From: Malacoraja senta | Lineage: Eukaryota | Reading direction: 5' to 3' | NCBI GenBank assembly: GCA_038087875.1 | Contig: CM075996.1 | Coordinates: 10,108,001-10,172,000, forward strand | Length of the DNA: 64,000 nt | Shown here: one piece after another, positions 1-11,004 of the stretch | How the letters are laid out: each line of letters starts with the position of its first letter | Numbering within the stretch: position 1 is the stretch's first letter | Notes under the pieces: generated by a model | The model's database searches: none | What the model was told of the DNA's origin: nothing | The model's input: only the letters and a program-made list of their open reading frames with translations | Made by a program: the position numbers and the translations under genes

Positions 1-119
1 GCGACCCCCCCGTACACTTGCACTATCCTACACACAAGGGACAACTTACAATTTTACAGAAGCCAAATATCCTACAAACCGGTACGTCTTTGGAGTGTGG
101 GAGGAAACCGGAGCACCCT

Positions 120-431
120 GGGGCAGCACGGTGGCGCAGCGGTAGAGTTGCTGCCACTCAGCGCCAGAGACCCAGGTTCAATCCTGACTACGTATGCTGT
201 CTGTACGGAGTTTGTACGTTCTCCCCTTGACCCGCGTGGGTTTTCTCCGAGATCTTCGGTTTCCTCCCACACTCCAAAGACGTACAGGTTGGTAGGTTAA
301 CTGGCTTGGTGTAAGTTTAAATTGTCTCTGGTGTGTGTAGGATAGTGTTAGTGTGCGGGGATCGCTGGTCGGCACGGAGTCGGTGGACTGAAGGGCCTGT
401 TTCCGCGCTGTATCGTTAAACTAAACTAAAG
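120..431 (+). mobile_element. Full-length tRNA-derived V-SINE (HE1-like) with CR1-derived tail; representative of ~15 copies in the window
   Basis: Pol III A box GGTGGCGCAGCGG, B box GGTTCAATCC, V-domain (GGAGTTTGTACGTTCTCCCC...GGTTTCCTCCCACACTCCAAAGAC), tail GAAGGGCCTGTTTCC..(CTAAA)n. Other copies at about 5884-6190+, 6590-6872-, 7718-8000-, 31795-32507+ (interrupted), 33240-33410-, 38500-38790-, 41523-41868-, 45398-45700+, 49283-49580+, 52744-52998-, 59573-60008+, 60110-60306-, 61141-61460-. Confidence 0.9.
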
Positions 432-1334
432 AAAACCCATGCGGTCGCCGGCCGTTGTCACTGAGCAAGTTCCAGTCAATGTTGGGGAAGTTACGTGTAG
501 GAAGGAACCGCAGATGCTGAGTTACTCTAGGCACAAAATGCTGGAGTAACTCAGCGGGACAGGCAGCATCTCTGGAGAGAAGGAAGGGGTGACGTTTCGG
601 CTCGAGACCCATTAGAGTGCTTGCTTCGACTATCTTATTGTTTCGTTCTAGTCATGTTGCCTCAGTGAGTAAATCCTGAAGGGCCCGCCATGAAGAAGTG
701 TCCCGACCCGAGACATCACCCATCCTTTCTCTCCAGAGATGCTGCCTGACCTGCTGAGTTGTGTCGACTGTCTAGCATGCTCCGTCTGAATTAAACCATG
801 TGTAAGTCTTTGGGATGCAGTCGGGAAGTGGAGCACCTGGAGTCACAGTGGGAACATGCAAACTCCACACACACAGGCATACATCCTGGTCCATTATCGC
901 TTCAGAGGTACGACATTCCAAAGATTATTGACCATCTGAGAGACCAAATTCCTCCTTGTCGCTGCCTTCAGCTCGGCTCGGTGGCATAGCGGATAGAGCT
1001 GCTGCCTCACAGCACCAGAGACCCAGGTTCGATCCTGACCACAGGTGCTGTCTGTGTGGAATTTGCACGTTCACCCTGTGACCGCATGGGTTTTCTCCAG
1101 GTACTCCGGTTTCTTTTCACATCCCAAAGACGTGCAGGTTTGTTGGTTAATCGGCTCAGATTCCCTTTAAAATGTTCCCATCTCATATTAAATCCATGCC
1201 TTCTAGTGTTATACCCACTTAGACTGTGATTAGCTATATCACCGACGCTCCTCATCATTTTATAAACCTCCATGAGTTCACCCCTCATCTACCTTGGCTC
1301 CAGGGGAAATTGTCTCAGCCCATCACCTCAAAGC

Positions 1335-1662
1335 ACAGAGTCTCCTGCCCAGAGTAGGTGCATTTCGGACCAGAGAACATAAGCTTAAGTTGTCGGGGAA
1401 AAGATTTAATAGGTATCCGAAGGGTAACGTTTTCACACAAAGGATGGTGGGTGTATGGAACAAGCTGGCAGAGGAGGTAGTTAGTTGAGGCTGGGACTAT
1501 CCCAACATTTAAGAAACAGTTAGACAGTTACATGGATAGGACAGGTTTGGAGGGATATGAACCAAAAGCATGCAGGGGGGACTAGTGTAGCTGGGACATG
1601 TTGGCCGTAGTGGGCAAGTTGGGCCGAAGGGCCTGTTTCCATGCTGTATCACTCTATGATTC
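1335..1662 (+). mobile_element. CR1 LINE 3' end fragment
   Basis: Degenerate 'RTREHKLKL...FTQRMVGVWNKL' CR1 ORF2 C-terminus and 3' tail. Confidence 0.85.
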
Positions 1663-2377
1663 TATCCAATCACTCCTTATTATTTAAGTCCTCCAGCCCA
1701 AGCAACATTCCTGTGAATCTTATTGCATCCTAGCTAGTTTAATCACATCCTTCCTCCAGTATGGTGACCGATCTTGAATAATATACTCCAAATGTGGCTT
1801 AGCCCATGATCAGTGCAGCAGCATGGCTTTCCGACTCTTGTCCGCCATGCCTTGGCCGATGAAGGCAACATTTCACTACACCTTGTGTAGGAAAGAGCTA
1901 CAGATGCTGGTTTAAATCGAAGGTAGACACAAAATGCTGGAGTAACTCAGCGGGACAGGCAGCATCTCTGGAGAGAAGGAATGGGTGATGTTTCGGCTCG
2001 AGATCCTTCTTGTCTGAACAAACGTCACCCATTCCTACTCTTTAAGCAATGTTGGCGCCTTCTTTGCTCCCCTCAACCACCCCCCCCCCCCAAGACAGGT
2101 CCCTCTTTGTCCTAGGCAGCCCCCGATCTAAATCCTGCTGTAAGCTAGGACAACCCACTTCACAGTCCACTACTACACCAATGGTGTCAGCTGCAAACAT
2201 ACTAACCATGCTACCTATATAACCTTCCAAATCATTGATTACTGTGAAGAACAATCCAGGACCCAGCACCGATCGCTTTACCACATCACTGGTTACAGGT
2301 CCCCAATCTGAATAGCAAGCCTCTACTACTGCCCCCTGCCTCCTACCTCTCAGCCCATTTTGTGTCCAGTTTGTTAA

Positions 2378-2607
2378 GGGCCTGTCCCACTTGGGCGTCA
2401 TTTGCGCGTAATTTACGCGTCACAACGCACGACGCGCATGTCATGCCACGCAAGTGATATGCGCATGGTGCGCATTATGCGCGCATGGTGCGTGGCGACG
2501 TAGGCAGTGACGCGCGGTTGCGCGCGGCACCCCAGGATTTTGGGATGTACAAAATCTTCGCGCACAATCTGCGTGACGCGCAAATGCCGCCCAAGTGGGA
2601 ATGGCCC
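2378..2607. mobile_element. MITE, PIF/Harbinger-like
   Basis: ~32-bp TIRs GGGCCTGTCCCACTTGGGCGTCATTTGCGCGT / ACGCGCAAATGCCGCCCAAGTGGGAATGGCCC, TAA on left and TCA on right, CpG-rich interior. Confidence 0.75.
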
Positions 2608-2779
2608 TCACGCTGGGTGTTGAGGCGGCTGCATTGTGAACACAGCCACTCTGGATTTACTGGCTGAGAGGCAGGGGGGGGTTCTGGGTGGTGGTTTTTG
2701 AGGTTGCCTGGTTTGGCAACTCTCCACGGCAATGTTCACAGCTTCTCGGAGAACTTGCACGCACAGCCGAACACGCTGT

Positions 2780-3077
2780 CTCCCACACACGTGTAAATAC
2801 TCACACACACACACACGCACACACACAAAAATCTCACATTCTCACTCGCACGCATCAGCACTCTCTATCACACACAATGTCACGCACACAGGCACGCACA
2901 CATACCCACATGCCTGCGCACTCAAACATTCATGCAGAAACACACACACATGGAACCCCAAGTTCACCCTTCCTCTCTCCCTCCGTCTCATCAATGCTAT
3001 ACACACACACACACACACAATTAACGCACAGCTCTCTCTCTCTCTCTCTCCCTCTCTCTCTCCCTCCCTCTTTCATC

Positions 3078-3138
<61 letters not shown>

Positions 3139-3250
3139 ACAATGCCACACACACACACACACACACACTCTCTCACACACACACATACTCAAGCATACAC
3201 ATTACATCCCCATTACACCCCCTCTCAGATGCACACACTCTCACACACAT
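2780..3250. repeat. (CA)n/(CT)n compound microsatellite
   Basis: Direct reading. Confidence 0.95.
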
Positions 3251-3802
3251 GGGATATGGGACAGTACGGAACAGGAACAGCCCCTCGGCCCATAATATCT
3301 GTGCCAGACATGGTCAAGCCACATCAATCTCCTCTGCCTGCTCATGGTCCATATCCCTCCATTCCCTGCATATCCATGTGCCTAACTAAACACCTCCTCA
3401 ATGCTAGTATCGTGTCTGCTTCTACCATTATTCCCATCACTCTCTATGTAAAAAACTTGCTGTCATGTCTCTTTTTAACATCCTTCCTCTGACCTTAAAG
3501 CTTTGCCCTCTAGTCTTTTAAAGATTTTCACCTTGAGAGAAAGGTTTTGACTTCCTGCGCTGTGTGTCCAAATTCTAAACTAATACGGTGATGGTGTGAG
3601 AATTACTACTGGGAACAGAGGACGTTTCTCAATCTATGGTTCTCCCCTCAGCAGATGAACATATTTCTCTTGGGCAGCTTACACCCCAGCGGTATGAACA
3701 TTGACTTCTCTAACTTGAAGTAGCCCTTGCTTTCCCTCTCTCTCCATCCCTCCCCCATCATAGATCTCCGACCAGTCTGACTGTCCTCTTGGTTAAATTT
3801 TT

Positions 3803-4265
3803 CGGCCCTTTCGAGCCAGCACCGCCATTCAATATGATCATGGGCTGATCATCCAGAATCAGTACCCCGTTCCTGCTTTCATCCAATATCTCTTCATTCT
3901 GTTAGCTCCAAGAGCTAAATCTAACTCTCTCTTGAAAATATCCAGTGAATTGGCCTCCACTGCCTTCTGTGGCAGAGAATTCCACAGATTCACAACTCTC
4001 TGGGTGAAAACGTTTTTCCTCATCTCAGTCCTAAATGGCCTACCCCTGATTGTGAAACTGTGACCCCTAGTCCTGGACTCCCCCAACATGGGGAACATTT
4101 TTCCTGCATCTAGCTTGTTCAATCCCTTCGAAAATTTTTACATGTTTCTATAAGATATCCTCTCATCCGTCTAAATTCCAGCGAATACAAGCCCAGTCGA
4201 CCCATTCTTTCATCATATGTCAGTCCGCCATCCGGGAATTAACCTGGTGAACCTACGCTGCTCTC
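3803..4265 (-). mobile_element. CR1 LINE 3' fragment
   Basis: ORF 3859-4122 'GESRTRGHSF...FTQRVVNLWNSLP'. Confidence 0.9.
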
Positions 4266-4303
4266 CCTCTGAACATAACACTCGTTGATCATCGCAATCT
4301 TAC

Positions 4304-4364
4304 CTGTGTCGTCTGGAACACATTCCAAGGTCAGCTCGTCCAGCACCTCGTCTTGGGAACACAT
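4304..4364 (-). CDS. Candidate first coding exon of a BCMA/BAFF-R/TACI-like (TNFRSF13/17-type) receptor: MCSQDEVLDELTLECVPDDT
   Basis: Unique sequence; ATG at 4364 with upstream in-frame stop; strong phase-1 donor CAG|GTAAGA at 4303; C-x6-DxL-x3-C-VP spacing matches BCMA CSQNEYFDSLLHACIP. Confidence 0.5.
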
Positions 4365-4509
4365 TACTCTCTGGTGGTGTGACTGTGTCAGGGGAGCGGT
4401 GGAGCTGGGTTTGCTGGACTTCCACCTGCACTGAGCTAAAAATCGTCACACTGAGCTGTTCCGCCAGTGATTCACGCTTCCTTCCCCGTGGCGTTGGGCC
4501 GAGGCTGCG

Positions 4510-4551
4510 ATTGGCGAACACTTTGCACAGCAACGTCGAGGAAGTGGAAAC
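4510..4551 (-). promoter_or_regulatory. Putative proximal promoter: PU.1/ETS box with adjacent IRF half-site, plus CCAAT
   Basis: GAGGAAGTGGAAAC at 4538-4551; CCAAT (minus) at 4510-4514; 150-190 nt upstream of the ATG at 4364. Confidence 0.35.
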
Positions 4552-4664
4552 ACTTTTGAGAGGTTTAAAAAAAAAAAAATCTCTTTAACACCACATCTTT
4601 AACTCTGCCAAAATGTCCCCGTGCGAAGAGTCACGCTGAGCACATAGATGGGGTGAAGGGAAGA

Positions 4665-4900
4665 CAGACGCAAAATGCTGGAGTAACTCAGCGGGTCGGG
4701 CAGCATCTTTGGAGAAAAGGAATGGGTGACGTTTCGGGTGCAGATCTTTCTTCACACCCAATCTTCAGTCTGAAGAAGGGTCTCGACCCAAAATGTCACC
4801 TATTCTTTTTCTCCAGAGATGCTGTCTGACCCGCTGAGTTACTTCGGCTTTTTGTGTCTATCGTCGGTTTAAACCAGCATCTGCAGTTCCTTCCTACACA
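4665..4900. mobile_element. Inverted pair of short Penelope-terminal-repeat-derived elements
   Basis: CAAAATGCTGGAGTAACTCAGCGGG...GACGTTTCGGG..TTCTTCA followed by its reverse complement; same arrangement at about 1885-2042, 8690-8945, 62511-62710. Confidence 0.7.
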
Positions 4901-6999
4901 TGGAGTGAAAGGGGGCAGATTACCTCATCAGTTCATAAGTGACAGGAGCAGAACTAGACCACTCGGCCCATCCTGTCTATTCTACAAGGTACACAAAAAT
5001 GCTGGAGAAACTCAGCGGGTGCAGCGGCATCTATAGAGCGAAGGAGATAGGCAACGTTTCGGGCCGAAACCCTTCTTCAGCCTCCTGTCTATTCTACAAT
5101 TCAGCAATGACCTATCTTTCCTCCACAACCCCATTCACCTGCCTTCTCCCCGTAACCCTTGACGCCCTTCCTAATCAAGAATCTATCTATCTCCGCCTTG
5201 AAAATATCAAATGACGGCCTCCACAACCGTCTGGCTGAAGAAATTCCTTGTCACCTCCATTCTAAAGGTACATCCTTTTATTCTAAGACTGTGCCCTCTG
5301 GTCCGAGACCTTTCACCAATGAAGGAGGTGTAGGGGGAGGATCATGCTCATGAGACAGAGGGGCAGAATTAGGCCATTCGGCCCATCAAGTCCACTCCGC
5401 CATTCAATCATGGCTGATCTATCTTTCCCTCTCAACCCCATTCTCCTGCCTTCTACCCATAACCTCTGACCCCCATACTACTCGAGAACCCGTCAATCTC
5501 CACTTTAAATATACTCAATAACTTGGCCTCCACAGCCGTCTGTGGCAATGAATACCACAGATTCACCACCCTCTGAATAAAGCAATTCCACCTCATCTCC
5601 TTTCTAAAGGTCCTTGAATTCTGAGGCTGTGGCCTCTGGTCCTAAAGCGAACAGCTATGATTCAAGGCCTACCTTCTGGACAGAGAGAGGTGAAGGGCAG
5701 TTCTGTTGCCCCGAGATTAGGTGGGATCATGATCAGCCGTGAATCTGCAAGGATCTCGCAAAAATTATCAGAGCAGCATTTCTTCAATTATTTTCGGCAT
5801 CTATCTTTATATTAGACAGAAATTATGAAAGGCTGAGACAAAAGAGGTTATGGGCAGATTTAATAAGATATGAAATGAGACTTAGGGCGGCACGGTGACG
5901 CAGCGGTAGAGTTGCTGCCTTACAGCGCCAGAGACCCGGGTTCCATCCTAACTACGGGTGCTGTCTGTACGGAGTTTGCATGTTCTCCCTGTAACTGCGT
6001 GGGTTTTCTCCGAGATCTTCGCTTTCCTCCCACACTCCAAAGGCGTACAGGTTTGTAGGTTAATTGGCTTGGTATCAATGTAATTTGTCCCTGGTGTGTG
6101 TAGGATAGTGTTAGTGTGCGGGGATCGCTGGTCGGCGCGGACTCGGTGAACCGTCTGTTTCCACGCTGCATCACTAAACTAAACTAAACTAATGGATACA
6201 AGCGGGGTCATATGACATGAAGGAAGGTACCATAAAGAAAATACAAAAGCTTGAAAGCACACTTAGGAACATTCATCCCCTCTGTAATCAGACTTCTGAA
6301 TGGTCGTTCCATAAGCTCGAGTACTGTTCCGATTTTCCAACCAACCTCATTACAGACCTTGGATCTAAAAAAAAGAAATACAACACAAAACCTTCGGCCC
6401 ATTGAGTCCGTGCAGACCATCGATCACCCATTCACACTAGTTCTGTTATCCCACTTTTTCATTCACCCCTACATGTTGGGGGCAACTTTTTTTAGAGGCC
6501 AATTAACCTACAAACCTGTGTGTCTTTGGGATGTGGGAGGAACCCGATGCACCCAGAGGAAACACACGGGGTCATAGGGAACATTTTAGTTTAGTTTAGA
6601 GATACATTGTGGAAACAGACCCTTCGGCCCAGCGAGTCCATGCTGTCCAGCAATCACTAGTTTCTATCCAACACACTTGGGACCTTTCACAGAAGCCAAT
6701 TAATCTTCGAAGCCGAACGACTTTGGAATGTGGGAGGAAACTGGAGCACCCGGAAAAACCCAACGCTGTCACAGGGAGAACGTACAAACTCTGTACACAC
6801 AGCACCCGTAGTCAGAATCGAACCTGGGTCTCTGGCGCTGTGAGGCAGCAACTCTACCCCTGTGCCACCGTGCTGTCCATTTTCCCTGGAAGTGCAACGC
6901 TACAATGCTGGTAAACCATATTCTGCACTCTGGTATTTTTCTCTTCAACAAATACCAACAGAGGATAAGCTGGGGAAATGCCTGCCAGGTACTAAGTCC

Positions 7000-7562
7000 C
7001 ACCTGTACAAAATCATGAGAGGAATAGATCAGGTAATCACTTGCCCAGAGTAGGGGAATCAAGAATCCGAGAACATAGGTTTAAGGTGAGGGGGGGAAGA
7101 TTTAAGTGGAATCTGATAGGTAACCAGGACTAGAGGGTGTGAGCTATGGGGAAAGGTTGGGCAGGCTGGGAGAGCAGGAGGATGAGGGGTGATCTTATAG
7201 AGGTGTATCAGATCATGAGAGGAATAGATCGGGTAGATGCACAGTCTCTTGCCCAGAGCAGGTGAATCGAGGACCAGAGGACAAAGGTTTAAGGTGAAGG
7301 GGAAATTATCTAATAGGAATCTGAGGGGTAACTTTTCAACAAAGGGTGGTGGGTGTATGGAACAAGCTGCCAGAGGAGGTAGTTGAGGCAGGGACTATCG
7401 CAAAGTTTAAGAATCATTTAGACAGGTGCATGGATAGGACAGGTTTGGAGGGATATGGGCTATCGCAGGCAGGTGGGACTAGGGTAGATGGGACATGTTG
7501 GCCGGCGTGGGCAAGTTGGGCTGAAGGGCCTATTTCCACGCTGTATCACTCTATGATTCTAT
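7000..7562 (+). mobile_element. Tandem CR1 3' fragments
   Basis: 'VVGVWNKLPEEVVEAG' and CR1 tail. Confidence 0.85.
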
Positions 7563-8949
7563 GCTGGCGTGGAGGTGTTCCAATTGTGTTCATTGAGCTA
7601 CAGGTCCATTGATGGCCTATGTAGGAACTGCAGGAACTGCTGGGAAGGATATGGGCAGGTGGGAGCGCTGATGGAAACATCTTGGACTGACCCTGCTGAG
7701 ACAGTTTCAGTTTTCATTTAGTTGAGAGATACAGTGCAGAAACAGGCCCTTCGGCCCACTGAGTCCATGCCGACCAACAATCACCTGTTCGCTAGCACTT
7801 CCTACACTCTAGGGAATATGTTACCGAAGCTAATTTACCTACAAACCTGTACATCTTTGGAGTGTGGGAGGAAACCGGAGCTCCGGAGAAAACCCACGCA
7901 GGTCACGTGGAGAACGTACAAACTCAGTACAGATAGCAACCGTGGTCAGGATCGAACCCGGGTCTCTGGCGCTGTGAGGCAGCAACTCTACGCCACTGTT
8001 CTGCACCGTATGGAGAGGGTTGAAGGTTGTCCATGGTTCCAGAAGGACATTTGGAGCATTGTGTGCAGTTCTGCCTGCCCTAATACAGGATGGAGGTGAA
8101 GGTTCTGTAAATGGTGCAAAGGAGGTTTACCAGAATGGTGTCTGGATTGGGAGGGAATTAGTTACAGGGAGAGGTTGGACAGACTTGGATTGTTTTCTCT
8201 TGAATGCCAGAGGTTTTGTGGAGGCCTGATTGAAGTATATAACATTATGAGAAGCATAGATAAGATACACAGTCAGATTTTTGTCCCCAGGATGGAAAAA
8301 TCAAATACTAGAGAGCATAGATTAAGGTGAGAGGGTCGAAGTTTAAAGGAGATGTGAGGGGCACGTTCTTTATACAGAGGCTTGTGAGGGCCTGGAATTC
8401 GCTGCAAGGGTGTGCCGACAAATTTTGGAAAGTTAAATAGGAGTAGGACATCAACAGTAAATGTTAATGAGCTAAGGGATGTTGGTGAAGAGAGGAGAAG
8501 CAGGAGAATGGGGTTGGAGGGGAAAGATAGATCAGCCATGGAGGGGAAAGATAGATCAGCCATGATTGAATGGCAGAGTAGACTTGAAGGGCGAATGGCC
8601 TAATTCTGCTCCTATCACTAATGAACATAAGCAGAGACCTTGGGGACAGTACGCTGAATGTGACAACATGGATGCATAATGACGTGCATGTGTAGGAAGG
8701 AACTGCAGATGCTGGAGTTTAAACTGAAGATAGACACAAAATGCTGGAGTAACTCAGCGGGTCAGGCAGCATCTCTGGAGGGAAGGAATGGGTGACGTTT
8801 TGGGTCGAGACCCTTCTTCAATGAACCTTTTTGGTCCTCTTTGGAAACCTCCTTGAAGAAGGGTCTCTACCCGAAAACATCCAATTCCTTCTCTCCAGAG
8901 ATGCTGCCTGTCCCGCTGAGTTACTCCAGCATTTTGTGTCTATCTTTGG

Positions 8950-9460
8950 ATAAGGTACTTGCCTTCACAGGTCAGAGCATAAAATATAAGATGGAAAGCT
9001 GGAAAGGGTACAGAGAAGATTTACGAGGATGTTGTCAGGACTAGAGGGTGTGAGCTATAGGGAGAGGTTGAGTAGTCTGGGACTATTCCTTGGAGTGCAG
9101 GAGGATGAGGGGTGATCTTATTGAGGTGTATAAAATCATGAGAGGAATAGATCGGGTAGATGCACAGAGTCTCTTGCCCAGAGTAGGTGAATCGAGGACC
9201 AGAGGGCATAGGTTTAAGGTGAAGGGGAAATGAGTGAATAGGAATCTGAGGGTAACTTATTCACACAAATGATGGTGGAACAAGCTGCCAGAGGAGGTGG
9301 TTGAGGCAGGGACTATCCAAATGTTTAAGAAACAGTTAGACAGGTACATGGATAGGACAGGTTTGGAGGGATATGAACCAAATGTGGGCAGGATGGACTA
9401 GTGTAGCTGGGACAGTATGGGCAAGTTGGGCCGGTTTCCACACTGTATCACTCTATGACG
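8950..9460 (+). mobile_element. CR1 3' fragment
   Basis: Similarity to the other CR1 3' ends in the window. Confidence 0.8.
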
Positions 9461-9739
9461 ATATGACTATTTGGGTCGTGAATAGTACTGGTTTAGGTGC
9501 ATTTTGAGTATCTTATAGGAAGGATAGAATAGTAAGATTAAACGAGAACTTACCAGTTTGAAGTTTGATCTGTATTTTATGAGGAGTTACGATGAGGGAT
9601 TACGTCCAGCACGCATGCGCAACATTCTTCAAAGCAATGGTGTGGAATCACAGGAAACACAACAATTGAAATAAACATAGTAAAGAAAAGGAGAACTAAG
9701 ATACCAGTTGATCTATAATTGAGGGTGGGAGCGGAGGGC

Positions 9740-9850
9740 ACGTAATCCCTCATCGTAACTCCTCATAAAATACAGATCAAACTTCAAACTGGTAAGTTCT
9801 CGTTTAATCTTACTATTTTACTTCGGAGTCACGTGAGTGACTACGTGAAG
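9740..9850. repeat. DIRS internal complementary region (ICR), copy 1
   Basis: 9740-9817 is a perfect 78-bp reverse complement of 9528-9605; 9818-9850 is the reverse complement of 14282-14314. Confidence 0.95.
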
Positions 9851-10017
9851 ATTTTAAAGCTCTGTGATTTCAAACCGTGTAACAGTTCATACTTCACTCG
9901 CTGCCGAAGTGTTTCAAGGGAGGAAGTTTGTTATCGTAATCAACCATGAATCTGTTTGTAAACAATAATGGTATTTATTAAACAATAACAAAAGAAAAAT
10001 GCTCCCCCGGGCTTAAA

Positions 10018-11004
10018 TTATATATTTGCAGATTCTAAAATTCTTTCTGCAAATAACACAGGTTCTGCTAGTGGCTTGTTGTAGAACGTTTGGAACGTTT
10101 TCTCCGTGGACCACCCCGCTGTAGCCAGGATGTGGTCCAGTGGCACGTCCATCCTTTTAGCTGCCGATGTGGATGCTGCCCTAGTGGAGTGAGATGTATA
10201 TACGTCAGTATCTACTCCAGCAGCTCCCAGTACCTGCTTTAGCCACCTTGAGATGGTTTGGCTCGACACCCGACCATGTGGTTGCTTGTGGCTGACCCAT
10301 AAGGCTTTTTCTCTCCCTCGGGAATCTCTTGTTGTGTTGATGTAAGTCAGTAGGTGAGTCATGACACACAACCGCGGGTCAGGTGGGTATGCCCGGAAAT
10401 CCATAACTAGGCCTGAAGTTCCTGGCCTGCTCTGCTTTACCAGCTCCTGAATGGTGAATGATACCCGGTCTGGTGTTATAACCATGTTGTTCAGTCGCAG
10501 TAAGTAGAGGGACTGGACTCTTTGTGCTGAGACTAGTGCCATGAGCATAACTGTTTTCAGGGTTAGCTGTTCCAGAGTGAGAGACCTGGCTGGTGACCAT
10601 CCCCTTAGGTATGTCAGGACCACACTGACATCCCAGATGCTGGTGTATCTAGGTCTAGGGGGGTTAGAGTTGAATATACCCCTCATGAATTTAATCACCA
10701 GCGGGTGAGACCCTATAGCCTGTTGTCCTGGTATTTGTTTTAAATAGGCTGACAGAGCACTTCTGGCAGTACCGATGGCGCTGTAGCTCAATCCTTCATT
10801 ATGGTGAAGGCTGGCCAGGAACTCCAGTACATTGGTTATGGTTGCAGATGAGTACGTTGTCCCAGTAGTCGAGCAGTATCTTTCCCACTTCCTGATGCTC
10901 GATAGGTATTGTTTCCTGGTGGACATACGGTGGGATGCTGTCATCATGTTGATGGTCCTGTCAGACAACCCCAGGTCCAGCAGTGGTCTTTTCATAACCT
11001 GCAA
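10018..11004 (-). CDS. Tyrosine recombinase of DIRS copy 1 (uninterrupted ORF)
   Basis: 328 aa; catalytic R (SAQRVQ), HSTR, AGW, FY. Confidence 0.93.
   Translation of the reverse strand: MQVMKRPLLDLGLSDRTINMMTASHRMSTRKQYLSSIRKWERYCSTTGTTYSSATITNVLEFLASLHHNEGLSYSAIGTARSALSAYLKQIPGQQAIGSHPLVIKFMRGIFNSNPPRPRYTSIWDVSVVLTYLRGWSPARSLTLEQLTLKTVMLMALVSAQRVQSLYLLRLNNMVITPDRVSFTIQELVKQSRPGTSGLVMDFRAYPPDPRLCVMTHLLTYINTTRDSRGREKALWVSHKQPHGRVSSQTISRWLKQVLGAAGVDTDVYTSHSTRAASTSAAKRMDVPLDHILATAGWSTEKTFQTFYNKPLAEPVLFAERILESANI

Noticed and set aside
120..195. tRNA-like sequence with A and B boxes
   Set aside because: SINE head, not a tRNA gene; continues into the V-domain and CR1 tail
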